NCBI RefSeq assembly: GCF_009914755.1
Contig: NC_060926.1
Reading direction: 5' to 3' (one strand)
DNA: 64,000 nt
Source of the DNA: the human T2T-CHM13v2.0 reference genome, Homo sapiens
Part shown: positions 1-12,266 of the stretch, piece after piece
How the letters are laid out: the number at the start of each line of letters is the position of its first letter
Numbering within the stretch: position 1 is the stretch's first letter
Notes under the pieces: generated by a model
What the model was told of the DNA's origin: nothing
The model's database searches: none
What the model saw: the letters and a program-made list of their open reading frames with translations, nothing else
Position numbers and translations under genes: made by a program

Positions 1-503
1 CTAAAAGGGATGGTGGCAACTTTCTTACAGGGTACTCAAGGGCTTCAAGAGAGCCAGCCATGTCTGCAATGTGGCCTCACCCAAAGCAGGCACTCAGGCT
101 AAAGTGAAGGAGTAGGAGTGGGAGGAGTTTGAAATTCAGAAAACACCACGTAAGTATAACAAGAAGAATTAGGAAATTAAACATAACTATATGTTTTTGG
201 ATCAAGTTCTCTGCTTGGTTCAGTTCATTTATGAAATATTTAGATTATAGGTGATGCTTTCATCAGTATAAAGATATAAGAAAAAGTCATAGTTGATGTA
301 TGAATTTAACATGTATATGTAATTGACTAGACAAGGCATACAACTGAAGCACGTAAGCATTAAAAACAGCAAGAAATAACTGGTACAAAAGAACCCAGTT
401 GCCCGAATTCTAAATCAGTCATTGCCTTGTGAGTTCTGCTTGTTTTCAGGTACCTCCTTTACATTCCTAATACAACGGTAAGGTCCCATTGCAATTCACA
501 TAC

Positions 504-603
504 CACACGCTGTGATCCCTCAAATGTCAACGTGGATTGGACAAACGTCCAGGCAACAGCCGCACACACCTCGTCCTTGGCTACAGCCTCCTCATGACCC
601 GCC
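504..603 (-). other. Candidate 100-nt internal exon of a minus-strand gene (5'UTR or N-terminal)
   Basis: Minus strand reads cattaac (branch-like)-catttcttcctcttctcttacatgcag|GGCGGGTCATG...CAGCGTGTG|gtatgt. It has a canonical acceptor with a polypyrimidine tract, a canonical donor, unique CpG-retaining sequence and one fully open frame (AGHEEAVAKDEVC...SQRV). Confidence 0.7.
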
Positions 604-809
604 CTGCATGTAAGAGAAGAGGAAGAAATGGTTAATGGAACTGGGACTCTTTTCTCTTGAGTTAATGGGAATGGATAGTTTCCCTGCATCTTGAGCTATT
701 CTCATTAAAGTATTGAAGGCCCTACGCACACACAGCCACACTTGCTGAAATTTATCTAAGGAGGGGTCTTGGAGTTAGACACTCCTACTGTGTCTCCTCA
801 AAATTGTAA

Positions 810-1115
810 TTTTTTGTTTTTTTTGAGACAGAGTCTTGCTCTGTCACCAGGCTGGAGTGCAGTGGCGGGATCTTGGCTCACTGGAGCCTGTCTCCTGGGT
901 TCAAGCGATTCTCCTGCCTCAGCCTCCCAAGTAGCTGGCACTACAGGCATGCACCACCACGCCCAGCTGATTTTTTATATTTTAGTAGAGATGGGGTTTC
1001 ATCATGTGCTATGTTGGCCAGGGGTCAGGGTGGTCTTGATCTCCTGACCTCGTGATCCGCCCACCATAGCCTCCCAAAGTGCTGGGATTACAGGTGTGAG
1101 CCACTGCGCCTGGCC
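810..1115 (-). mobile_element. Alu, AluS (Sc-like)
   Basis: Poly-T followed by gagacagagtcttgctctgtcaccaggctggagtgcagtgg...gacctcgtgatccgcc...ccactgcgcctggcc; both monomers are present. Confidence 0.95.
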
Positions 1116-2076
1116 AAAGTTGTACTTCTTTTAAAATAAAAGTCTGTGCTTTAATAAAAATGAAAGAACAAGGTCAGTTGTGTGAAACTTGAGAGAGTCC
1201 CTAGGTCTCCGTCCTCCCTACAAAGTCTTCTAACCCGGGGAGATGAGCTGGAGGTGAGCTCCATGCCCAAAAGGCTGCTTGTCAGGCAGTGATTGCAGTT
1301 GCAAGAGAAGGTTCTGGACTTGGGGAGTGCATCGTGAATTGCATTATGGCAATGTATGCAGGTTCAATAGGGACCTCAAACGCAGCTTGCCTATCTAAGG
1401 CCATATCAGGACAAATGCCACAATGAAAAATAAGAGGTGTTTAAAAAACAGAAGTAAAGAAACATGCACAGACCAGGAAGTTTCCCATATTTCCTATTTC
1501 CTAGGTTCACTTGGAAAACTAGGGTGGTGGAAGAAAAGGACAATAATTCCTTTGGAAAATTAATTCAACTTTTTCTACCCACTAACCATATTCGTTCCAA
1601 TTTTAGCAGTTCTGTGGGAGGAAAAATGAAACATGAAATTCTTCTATGCTTTCAACTTTGCATATCTCTTTACCTCTACCTGGAATGCCCTCCCCTTTCT
1701 GGGTCTTCCCAATTCTGCCTAGAAGCCACACTTTCTATTTTGTGACATGTTCCTGGTGACAGAGGAGCAGGGATCTTCATGGTAAGAGCAGCACACATGT
1801 CAACTGCTCCCATTTCCGAGTATCCAGCTGAGAAGCTACACGTTAGGTCAGACACTGCAGGTTCAGTATCTCTCTTAATCCTCAAAGTCGGCATCATTAT
1901 TTCCCTGTACATTGGCTCAAGATGCTGCCTAACCCCTGGAGACAGAGCTAGAGCATGCCTAGCAGGGGTTCAAAACCAGCTCTTCCCAACTCGAGGGTGC
2001 TTTCTGCTGCTGCAGGCTAGCCTCCAGTTTCTCAGACCCTCCAAACAATCCTCCAATTCTTTGTTCTTCACTCTTC

Positions 2077-2382
2077 TTCTTCTTCTTCCTTTTTTTTTTG
2101 TGAGATGGACTGTCACTCTGTCACCCAGGCTGGAGTGCAGTGGCGTGATCTCAGCTCACTGCAACCTCTGCCTTCCAGGTTCAAGTGATACTCCTGCCTC
2201 AGCCTTGTGAGTAGCTAGGAATACTGGCGTGTGCCACCACCCCCGGCTAATTTTTGTATTTTTAGTAGAGACGGGGTTTCACCATGTTGGTCAGGCTGGT
2301 CTTGAACTCCTGACCTCGTGATCCACCGACCTCAGCCTCCCAATGTGCTGGGATTACAGGCATGGGATTACCACACCCGGCC
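2077..2382 (-). mobile_element. Alu, AluS (Sg-like), with target-site duplication
   Basis: Full dimer; TSD tgttcttca(c/t)tcttc at 2062-2076 and 2383-2397. Confidence 0.95.
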
Positions 2383-3036
2383 TGTTCTTCATTCTTCTAA
2401 AAGGAAGCATTGAGCATTTGTGACATGCTTTGGCTCACACACAGAAACTTTCTCTTTTGCAGATAGAATTGATGACTCTTCCAGGACAATGTCATTCATT
2501 ACTAAAATGTGGAGGGCATCTTAGATCATTTAAAATCAAATGAAATATATGTACACTTTTAAAAGAAGTAATGCAGATATCAAGTTTCGAATGATTTCTA
2601 ACAAATTGAAAAAAAGAAAACATAGAACCCATTAGTAAACTTTTATGAGAATGTCTGGTCTTCGGATTTTACTTTACAACTGAAAAGGATAATAAATTTA
2701 GTTTCTACTCGGGTTAAAGTGTACTTGCCTATTGCGAGTCAATAATAAATGGTCTAATGGGTTTAAGTGGCCTCACATGGTTTGCTACACTTGGACACAG
2801 CAGGAGAGATCATCTGTGGTCAAGGGTGCCAGCAACACATCTACCTAAAGCACCAGGCATTGGCTTTGGAGAACTATGCCAGGACACAGCAGGCTTCCCT
2901 CCCCACCCACCTGCACTTGAAAGGCCACCTGCAGAAGGCGGGAAGGGTGCGCGAAATCACGAAGGCAGGGAGTGGAAGAGACTTAGTGTCAAAGCGATGT
3001 CACTAGGTTCTATTTCCCATTCTGTTATCATCACCT

Positions 3037-3091
3037 GAGAGAGGGAGACACAGATACACACAGACACACACACAGACAAACACACACACAG
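3037..3091. repeat. Mixed (GA)/(CA) microsatellite
   Basis: gagagggagacacagatacacacagacacacacacagacaaacacacacaca. Confidence 0.8.
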
Positions 3092-3113
3092 ATTTCATCT
3101 AAAATTGCCATTG

Positions 3114-3366
3114 CTTTGAGGCCAAGGCAGGCGGATCACCTGAGGTCGGGAGTTCGAGACCAGTCTGACCAACATGGAGAAACCCGGTCTCTACTAAAAA
3201 TAGAAAATTAGCCAGGCGTGGTGGTGCATGCCTGTAATACCAGCTACTCTGGAGGCTGAGGCAGGAGAATAGCTTGAACCTGGGAGGCAGAGGTTGCGTG
3301 AGCAGAGGTCGTGCCTTTGCACTCCAACCTGGGCAACAAGAGCGAAACTCCGTCTGAAAAAAAAAA
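3114..3366 (+). mobile_element. 5'-truncated Alu, AluSp-like
   Basis: gaggtcgggagttcgagaccagtctgaccaacatggagaaacc (Sp-type diagnostics), right monomer and A tail; the first ~45 nt are missing. Confidence 0.92.
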
Positions 3367-4227
3367 GTATTTGAATCCTTTTTAAAAATTCAGATAATCC
3401 TCAAGGAGCTTACAAGACTTTAGGTATTAAATTTTTAAGTGTTGAAAAAAATTGACTAGACGAAGTTATTTAATGTCAGGACCATTATCTTTCAAACATT
3501 TTGTTAAGCATCGCCAGCATCCTGGTGCAAAATTCTGGACGTAAGACCTGTTCAAATACTCAAAAGTAAGTGATTTACAGAAAATCAGCTAGCATGAGTC
3601 AGTCCCAGTCTTTTTTAAAAAATAGATTGTTGAAAAAAATATAAATACTGTATTTACTGAAGATGGGAAAGTGGCAATTTCAGGAGCACAGAGTGACTTT
3701 CTCATTTGCAAAATGAGGATAATGGATTAGATCATCTTTAAGACTCTCCTTTTGACCTCTGAAATCCAGCTTTATTTCTCAGTAAGAGCTTGGTCTTTTA
3801 AATTCATATGGATATTCTAGTTAATTAATAGTTATTTCATATAGTCTTTTAAACAAAGTTGTAGTTATTTCTGTGTGGATATCACCACGTTTTAGGCAGA
3901 AGAGAAGCACTTGCCTTGCCATGGAAATTGTAATAGCAATGAAACTCAAACTCTATTAAGCCCGACCAACTCTACAGCTCAGTTTGAAATTTGGAATTTA
4001 ACCTACTGGAGATTTAAGTAGAGTAATAGCTAAACACAAGGCCTTACATTAAGAACTCTCTGGTGGGGTACACACATCATTCTAGAATATTTACTCACCC
4101 CCTTTTTTGGCTTCTTCAGACAGACATCAGATTTATCCCTAGATAGATCATCTGGTCTCATTTCCTGACACACTCTAGTTCATTTCTAGAGACAGGGAAG
4201 ATATATTTATAATGACCTAAAAGTAGG

Positions 4228-4430
4228 GACTATGTGCCAAGTACTGAATAGGAATTGTCATTTAATCCTCACGACCAGGTAGATACAGGACAACATCAGT
4301 TTTACAGATCACAGAAATGAGGCCCTGGGAAGATACATCACTGGCCTAACGTCACTTAGTTTGTCAATAGTAGAGTTGGATTTGAACCCTGATCATCTAA
4401 TTTCTCAGCAAGCGCTCTTAAATACCACAC
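4228..4430 (-). mobile_element. MIR relic
   Basis: tcatttaatcctcac...ttttacagat...gaggc...ggatttgaaccc matches the reverse complement of the MIR core. Confidence 0.7.
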
Positions 4431-4569
4431 TCAAACCTCAATGCAATTAAAAGGAACTTTAAAAAAATTAGATCATCATATGCCTAGACAGAGCAAAGTA
4501 TTGAGAAGAGCTGAGCAAAGTGTTTCTCATTATCTGGGTCCTCCACATCCATTCAAAGAGCAGGGCGTG

Positions 4570-4834
4570 CACCAGCCTCATGTGCAGTTTACCTGGAAAT
4601 GTGCCGTAAAGGTAAAATACACAAAAGATTTGGTCACAGCATGAAAACAATGTAAAATATCTCATTGATCATTATGTATTGATTGCTTGTTGATATTATC
4701 ATATTTAGGTTAGATAGCTATATTATTAAAATTAATTCCATCTGGTTCTTTTAATTATGTTTAACATTTACTGGAAAATGTAATATCACATATGTAATTC
4801 TTCCACTTGCATTATATTTATATTAGACAGTGCT
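4570..4834 (-). mobile_element. MER33-like hAT DNA transposon fossil
   Basis: aatgtaaaatatctcatt...tattattaaaattaattccatctgg...cattatatttatattagacagtgctg (terminal inverted repeat-like end). Confidence 0.7.
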
Positions 4835-6782
4835 GATCTAGAGTATCAGTTATCAGGTTAATTTTACAATGAGCTACACTTTGGAATTTTATCAGACTAG
4901 AGCCACATACACATGTTCAGCTTGAACACCTCTTTGCTAGAGAACAATATAACCCATTCAATTCAGTCTCAGGAATGCCAGGCTTATATTCTTCTTCAAA
5001 TCGATAGCTTCTTAACTCAAAGTTACTTAATAATAAAAGTTATTTTCTCCAAGATAATTATCCTGTTAAAAATGTTCTACCCTTCAATATAAGCCACAGG
5101 CTTGCATGTTAAGTAGCTTTCCTGCAGGCTTCTGCAGCTCATGATGTCAGAGGTAGGTCAAGATTCCTTATCACCAAACGGAGCCCACGATGACACTTGT
5201 CTGGGCAGACAGAATCCTCCACTAACAGCAGAGTAAGACTGAAGACAACAGAGGGTGATGCCTGTCCCTTAACCCTGAGAAAATCCCAGTAGGTGGCCCT
5301 GTCTGGCTAGGGTGGGAATACCCTCTGTTAATCATACTGCCAGATACGTTGAAGTTTTATTGCATGTTGGCCAAAAAGCTTTCTTTAAATGTACTCAAGC
5401 TTACCTATTTATAATTTTTAGGCTTTTATGATTTTACCCCATATTTCAAGCATACTAGTAGTATAGTGGTTCATACTCTTAATTAAAAACAATTTTTAAT
5501 TTGCTGATTATCATTTTTTCAGGCCTGTCTAGTTTCATATAGTGAGCTAATTTTTACATATATCTTATAGAAAAGCTGGGCTTACATAAAAAATATCTGC
5601 AAATATGTAAGCATAAAGCAACAGCCTCTAGTAACAATAATGAAAAAACATAACAACCTGCAAATCGCTGTGTTCACTTGAACAGTCATCCTTCCATAAG
5701 ACGGAAATAAGAAGAGCCCTTGTACCACTGCTTGATCTTCTGCAAACAAATGTTAACTCCCCCTCACTGGTACCACCCATGGAATAAAAACAGGCTATGT
5801 GGACTAGAACCAAAATCCTCTCTAACTGGGGTGAGAGCATGGCTGATACTTTAAAGCATTTGATATCTGAGACGTTAGGTGAGTTTCTTAGTATTATTTT
5901 AAGTGATTTAGATGTGGATCCAATTAATAGCCACAGTCATAAATCCCCAAACTCCAGTTCACCTGTGTCATGGCATAAACAGGGCTTCACTTCAGCACTG
6001 GCAGCAAGGGCAGGTTCCCAGGAGGCAGATCCCAGGAGATGGAAGAAGGAGAGGAGAGTATGCTGAGAGGAAATGTGCTCCCTGGGGAAGACCTCCCCAT
6101 AGCAGGGCTGGGATCCCCAGTGGGAGTCTGGGTATTTATGTTCTGACACTGGCCTTGGCAACTCAGCATCGCAACGCTGCCACATGAGCTCATGATGTCA
6201 GCCACACAGCCACAAATTGCAGGACATGGGCAGAGAAGCAGTAGAGAAAGTTAGAATTTCTAGATTGAAGTCTAGAACCTTGTCTTGGAACTGTGCTCTG
6301 TATATCTGAGAGTCCCATGGTCACCCCCAACCTCTGATGGAGCAAACGTTTATCTGCAAGGAGAGGGAGCTGGGGAAGGCCCAGAGCCCTGGCTTCCACT
6401 TCCATCTGAGGAGCGAGGCCTTCGTCTGCTTTCGTTTTTTAAAAGGTTCTTTATTTGCGCAAGTCTGAAGTCGCTGGATGACCTCATCTCGAAGACTAGC
6501 GTGCTGTGTGCTTTATCACATGCCATATAATAGCAAGAACATGTTATACTCACACAGTTTGTATAATTAAAGGACTTACATTTTAAGGAAATACAACACT
6601 GGTGTGGGCATAAAGATAACAATGAAGAAAAAGAGTCATTAAAACTTAATTGCTCATCACATGTGCCAGCCAAGTTTAAGAACTACAGGTTAAAATGACA
6701 GCATTCTGTTAGCATCCATGCCCCCAGTCCACACATACACACACATGCTCTGACGTAGAGGCAGGAAAACAACATGGTTTAA

Positions 6783-6956
6783 AGATGTGGTTCCTGGACC
6801 TGGTTGCATATTGCAATTACCTGCGACCTTTGGAAAGGCACTGACCCCTGCCTGCAGAGACACTGATCCAATTAGTCTGGGGTGAGGCCCAGGCATCAGT
6901 ATTTTTTTTAAGGTCCCCTGGTGATCCTGATGTGTGGCCAGGGCTAAGAAACACTG
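6783..6956. mobile_element. MER5-family hAT DNA transposon fossil
   Basis: attagtctggggtgaggcccaggcatcagtattttttaagg...ggtgatcctgatgtg...agggctaagaaacactgg. Confidence 0.75.
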
Positions 6957-7108
6957 GCTCAAAAGAAATCCCCAGAACTAGCAAAAGAAAATCCAGATTT
7001 GAATTGCTATTCTGCTAGTTCTTAGCTGTATGAACTTCAAAACACAACCACTTCCTCCATTAGATAAAGAGGAAAAAGATAAAACATTGACAACACCAGC
7101 CCACTCAC

Positions 7109-7155
7109 CTTCTAGGGCCATTATAAAAATCAATTTAGATTATGTAAGGGAAAGG
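7109..7155 (-). other. Candidate 47-nt cryptic exon within a degenerate MIR-like sequence
   Basis: Minus strand: tactgac (branch)-tttca-(T)run-acctag|CCTTT...CCTAGAAG|gtgagt, with a strong acceptor and a consensus donor. Confidence 0.35.
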
Positions 7156-7714
7156 CTAGGTAAAAAAAAAAAATGAAAGTCAGTATAAATTATGTTTTTA
7201 CTTAAGGAATAACTCAGAGCAACATTAAATTCTCCTATGCTGAGAACCCTGAGACAAAGCACAGAAGCAGCCTAAGAAGCGAGAATGATGAAAAAAATCA
7301 GGAAAAAAGGGTTGTGATTCTGGGTTTTAGCTACAAAGCCAACGTACAGCCTTCCTGCCTCCTGACTATGAAACCAGTGATTTGTGATTTGAGCTTAAAT
7401 CTCTTTATGATATAAAATGAAAATGTTCTGGGCTCAGGACAATTAGCTAGAGAAGCCCATGATTTTACAGGTTGGAGCTGGAACTGAAGCCCCATGCCTG
7501 CCCATGACTTCAGAAGAAGATTTAATCTACAGGCATTTACTCCTCGCGGAAATGGAAGAGGTGACTCTTGGGGATGGGAGGCAGGAGACTGGCCAACAGG
7601 AAAGTGTCCAGGTCTTTGTCCTGAAGAAGCTCATCACACAAACTGGAAGGTGAAAATCAAAAGCGACATATTTGCTAATGGGACAAACAAGAGGAAGCCG
7701 CTCAGTTCTAAGGA

Positions 7715-8420
7715 GACGCGGTGCGTGATGGGTTCTGAGTCCCGGCGCCGTGGCCTGTGTGGAAAGTCGGGTTCTGCACCGCGTACGCTGGGTGCGGTTG
7801 CAGGTGGACAGCAGCTTCCCTTGCCACGTGCAGGCGCCGAGCCAGCCTGGCTCCCCGACCCACGCACCCTGTGCCCCCAGGTGCCAGCTCTTGCATTACA
7901 GGAGCCCACATGACCGGGTCTGAAAAGAACCTAAAAGTCACTGTCTCACAGAGTATTTGATAATTTTTAGCATTTCTATTCACAGCCTAGCTTTCTCTGG
8001 AGCATCTCACGAGACGTCAGAGTGCGATTCTAAGAGTGCAGAGGAGCGCTCGACAGCCCGCAGGTGCAGGGCGGGGCGGGTGGCTGTGCCCGGGCTGAGA
8101 GGAGCGGGTGGGGCCCGACTGCCCATCCAGGGCGCTGCTCTCTGGGCCTGGGCCTCAGCTGCGTGGGCTCTGCTTCCCTCTGTTGGTGTGGAGCGGGAAG
8201 GAAGGAATCTTCCCAGGCAAAAGGGGCAGCGAGCAGGGCAGGTGAAGGCTCTACTATCCTCAGATGCAAGAATTCCTGCAGAGTGACTGGGGGCGGGCGC
8301 AGGGGCCTGCAGCTCTGGGGTCCGTGGCTCAGGAAAGACTGAAGGCTGCCCTGCTCAGCCTCTCCTGAAGCTGAGTCGGTGCCGCTCAGGCCAGCCTGCG
8401 GCCTCCTTGGTTTGGGATAG
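7715..8420. promoter_or_regulatory. CpG/GC-rich segment, putative intronic enhancer or alternative promoter
   Basis: Visibly dense CpGs in non-repetitive sequence; GC boxes gggcggggcggg at ~8068-8080 and ggggcgggcgc at ~8290. Confidence 0.5.
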
Positions 8421-11229
8421 CAATTCTATTCCCAAACGTTACATGAAAACAAACCTGAAATTGGAGAAAAAGTCCTTGTGAAATGCACAAAAGACTTACG
8501 GTTGGCTATGGAAAGAACTGTTGGGAAAATTCCCCACTTCGATTTCCTTTGCTATTTTTTATTTTCTTGTGGATGTCAGGACTCCATATTGCCCTCAGCA
8601 GTGACACGGTTTCTGGACAGGACACTGCAAACCCAGAGGTGGTTCGTCAGCACTCGGGGACAGCCTCCCATCCCTGTTGGGGCTCAGCGCGGGGCCCTGC
8701 CGGGACAGGTGCACAGACATAGCCGTCTGTGTGGCCCTCAGGGTCCCAGCCTCCACAAGCCACATTGAGAACACTGTGCTCAAGTCACACAGAGAGCAAA
8801 GTTTGTATTTGTAAATTTAAAAAAGACGAAGTGGTTCTACATCCTGATATCACAAGCAAGTTTGCTTCCAAGGAATCAGACGTATTGGATAAACTGTATC
8901 TGACAAACTATTCTCCCTAATTTATTTTAACCCCAAGTCTGTACACAGAGCAATCAGAAAGACATTTGAGATAAGGAGAGTGGGATAGGAGAGGAACGGA
9001 TCTGTGGAAATCGGTGAGACGGGGAACCAAGGCACGCTCTTTTCCCTGAAACACACTCTGCAAAAGAACATTTTCCTCTGTCTTGCATGTTTATGTTTCA
9101 TTTGCAAGTTCTGCTTACAGAGAAAATCTGAAGTCATAGAGACAGGATCAAGAAGATAGAGGCTCTGGATCTGGGGCCAAGACAGCCACCCTGGAGGCAT
9201 CTGGAGCCAGAGGGTCCCAGCTTAGCAGCTCGGGGAAGTAAAGCCTCAAAACTGTCGTTGACATCAGGTGCCACTGGCCTCATGGGGCCTTTACTACGGC
9301 AGCTGTGTCCATCTTCTATGTAATCCAAAGGGCTGAGGGATAAGAAAAAGAACAAGAACAGCACCGAGGAGGGAAAGAAAATGCCTGTGTATTCTTAGGG
9401 GAACCTGCCAAGTGCACTAAGGAAAAAGGAAGAGTGAGGGCTTCAGAGCTCCGTCCCCAGTGCCCAGGTACTACAGATAGAGAGAGGACCTCATTCCCCA
9501 TTCCCCCACGCTGACTGTGCTCCTTGAGGACAGAGCGCCCTTGGTTAGAGGCAGATCTGCAGGAGCAGGGCGTGGAGGGTGATGGTGAGCACTGTTCCCA
9601 CACAGGTGGAGCTGGGCTTCCCTCGGAGCTAAGGAGGTGGAACTTAGAAGAACGAAGGCTTCCAGGTGAGGGGCCTCAGGGGGTCCCCGGGGAACAAAAC
9701 ACACCCCTGAGGAAGTAGTAACTGGTATAAGATGGTGTGTCTGTGTCCCTTAGGTGCGCAGGGCCAAAGCTTCCGCCTGAGGCTGCCCTGGCCCTTCTGG
9801 GAAGGACCTGCCCCTCGGCCTGGGGCAGGAGGTGGACACCAACCCCCAGGTGCAAGACCGGCCCCCTCCCTCCTCCCGGCTCCTCTGGAGTCAGACGTTT
9901 TTGAAAATGCACAAAGCAGAAGGAAAGATGTGGGACGAGATCCTTGGAAGGAACTCAGGCTTGTTCATGCCCAGTTCCAAGAACGCCAGCCTGCTCCGTG
10001 CTTGGCGCGCCTCTGAGGGATGCTTCTGGATAGCATCAGCCATGGGAAGGCAACGGCCACCAGCACGGGGGGCAGGACAGGGCCCCCCGCTTTCAGTGGA
10101 ATTGGATGGTCTTGCTTTAAAAAGTAGTGGGGTGAATACAGAGGAGAGTAAGGAGGAAGAGAAAAAAAATCTGGGTTCTAAAAGATATCTTCATCTATCA
10201 GTGTAAAATATTAAATTATGGTGACAGCTCAGACCCTGAGGAATGAGGAACATGAGAATGGCCGAGAGACAAGCATGGTTGGTCACAGGTGACGGTTAGC
10301 GACTCACGGGCGGTGCCCCGGTCACTTGACTCTGCTTAGAAAACAACTGGCCATCTGAGGGGAGCCCTGTGGTGAGGGGAGCCCCTGGCATCCTCTCAAC
10401 TTATGCCAGGCCCCAAGCACAACAAAAGCCTGGCTGTCCTTGTTGCATATCTTAGGATGGTTTCAATTTAGAAAGAATGGGGGAAGAGAGTTGGCAAGGA
10501 CTGAGATCAGATGAATTTTGACTTGAGCTCAGCACAGCATCACCCAGAAGCCGCGTCTGATGCCCGCGCCTGATGCAGTTCATCTGAGGCCAGGCAGCCC
10601 AGCAAGGCTCAGCTTAAGCCACTGAACACATGCTGGAGACTGCATTGCATTCGAGATATGAACGGAAGGAGGAAAGAGAGGGCAGACAGTGAAGTTGAAA
10701 TTACCTCATTCTACACATGAGACCAAAACTGAGTTAAATCTGCTTCACTTTCTGCCTGTTCTTTTTACTGGGGAGGCTGAGGGTATCTAAGTCACATGTA
10801 ACTAGGAATAAACATTCAGCCCATTATTAAAGTGTCAGCGGATGCTCATTTCACCATTTACCTTGTAGAAGAAATCAATTATTAAGTATCTGTTGAAAGC
10901 AATAGTGTGTGCAAAGACTTGGGCAGGGTATTGTAGAAGACATTATACTACATTATATTATACAATAGTCCCTGTCCGCAAGAAGCTAACATTCCGGGTG
11001 GAGAAGCAATCAATGTGCATAAATGAGATCAATAACGTGCAGTTAAAAGTGATGTTCTTTTTTTTTTAGGTGGTGATCTCCCCTTCAATCTAGGTATTCA
11101 GGCAGAGACCGGATCAGCAGGTGAACACCAGTCAAGATTTCCGGAGAATCCCTGAATTAGGAGAGATGCTGGATGGTGTGAAATCTATGATCCGCCTTTC
11201 CTGATCACAGTCTGTGATACTAAAGCGTG

Positions 11230-11420
11230 CTGAGGCTTCAGAGCAGATGTGATAGGAGCTCAGGAAAGAGGAAGCTGAGACAGAGGAGCCAGGATCAGAG
11301 CTCTGTAGCCCGAGTGTGATCTGATGGGAAGAGACAGATGAGGAAGGGCGTTCCAGGCAGAGGAAACTGGTATCACACTGCATTGAAGCCAGGGACAGGG
11401 ACAAGGGCAATACACCTGGA
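11230..11420 (-). mobile_element. L2 relic
   Basis: gaggaagggcgttccaggcagaggaaactgg...gaagccaggg is typical of antisense L2. Confidence 0.5.
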
Positions 11421-11628
11421 ACAGGAGGTCTCCTGAGAAACATTTCCTCTGCTGGGTGCTGTCCACTCAGTAAATTCTATGCTGTGAGGCCATAGAGCCA
11501 GACAGCTTTTTCTGCCACCCAGCTGTGGCAAGAGGTTCACCCTGAGCATCAGTGCTTTGCATTATGGGAGATGGAAAACCAACCCAAAGGGAATGTGGAG
11601 AGTGTGGGGGTGGGGGCAGAGGAGGAGC

Positions 11629-11670
11629 AGAGAAAGATAGAGAGAGAGATAGAGAGACAGACAGACAGAG

Positions 11671-11751
<81 letters not shown>

Positions 11752-11816
11752 CAGACAGAGAGAGAGAGATAGAGAGACAGACAGAGAGAGAGAGATAGAG
11801 AGACAGACAGACAGAG

Positions 11817-11883
<67 letters not shown>

Positions 11884-11888
11884 CAGAG

Positions 11889-11921
<33 letters not shown>

Positions 11922-11960
11922 TAGAGAGACAGACAGACAGAGAGAGAGAGAGAGACAGAC

Positions 11961-11999
<39 letters not shown>

Positions 12000-12266
12000 T
12001 AGAGAGACAGACAGACAGAGAGAGAGAGACAGACAGACAGACAGAGAGAGAGATAGAGAGACAGACAGAGAGAGAGAGAGAGAGAGAGACAGAGGATGTA
12101 GACAGAGAGAGAGGGGACGGGAGGTAGCAGAGAGAGACAGAGGGAGAGAGGCAGAGGAATAAAAGCAGAGAAAGAGAGAGAATAATAAAGCTAGAGAGAG
12201 AGAGGTTGGGGGGGAGGAGAGAGAGGTAGAGAAAGAGAGAGAAGAATAAAGCCAGAGAGAGAGAGA
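11629..12266. repeat. Compound (GA)n/(GACA)n/(GATA) purine-rich tandem repeat
   Basis: About 460-nt core of gagagagagacagacagaca units punctuated by gata, plus GA-rich flank; it explains the spurious ERERDRQT and SLSVCL ORFs. Confidence 0.97.

Noticed and set aside
769-1055. Alu-derived ORFs (also at 15153-15504, 33137-33331, 57408-57687)
   Set aside because: These are standard Alu translations, not genes.
11070-11120. Plus-strand exon candidate ttttttttag|...CAG|gtgaac
   Set aside because: It is isolated, has a mediocre donor and lies among L2 relics; such motifs are common by chance.
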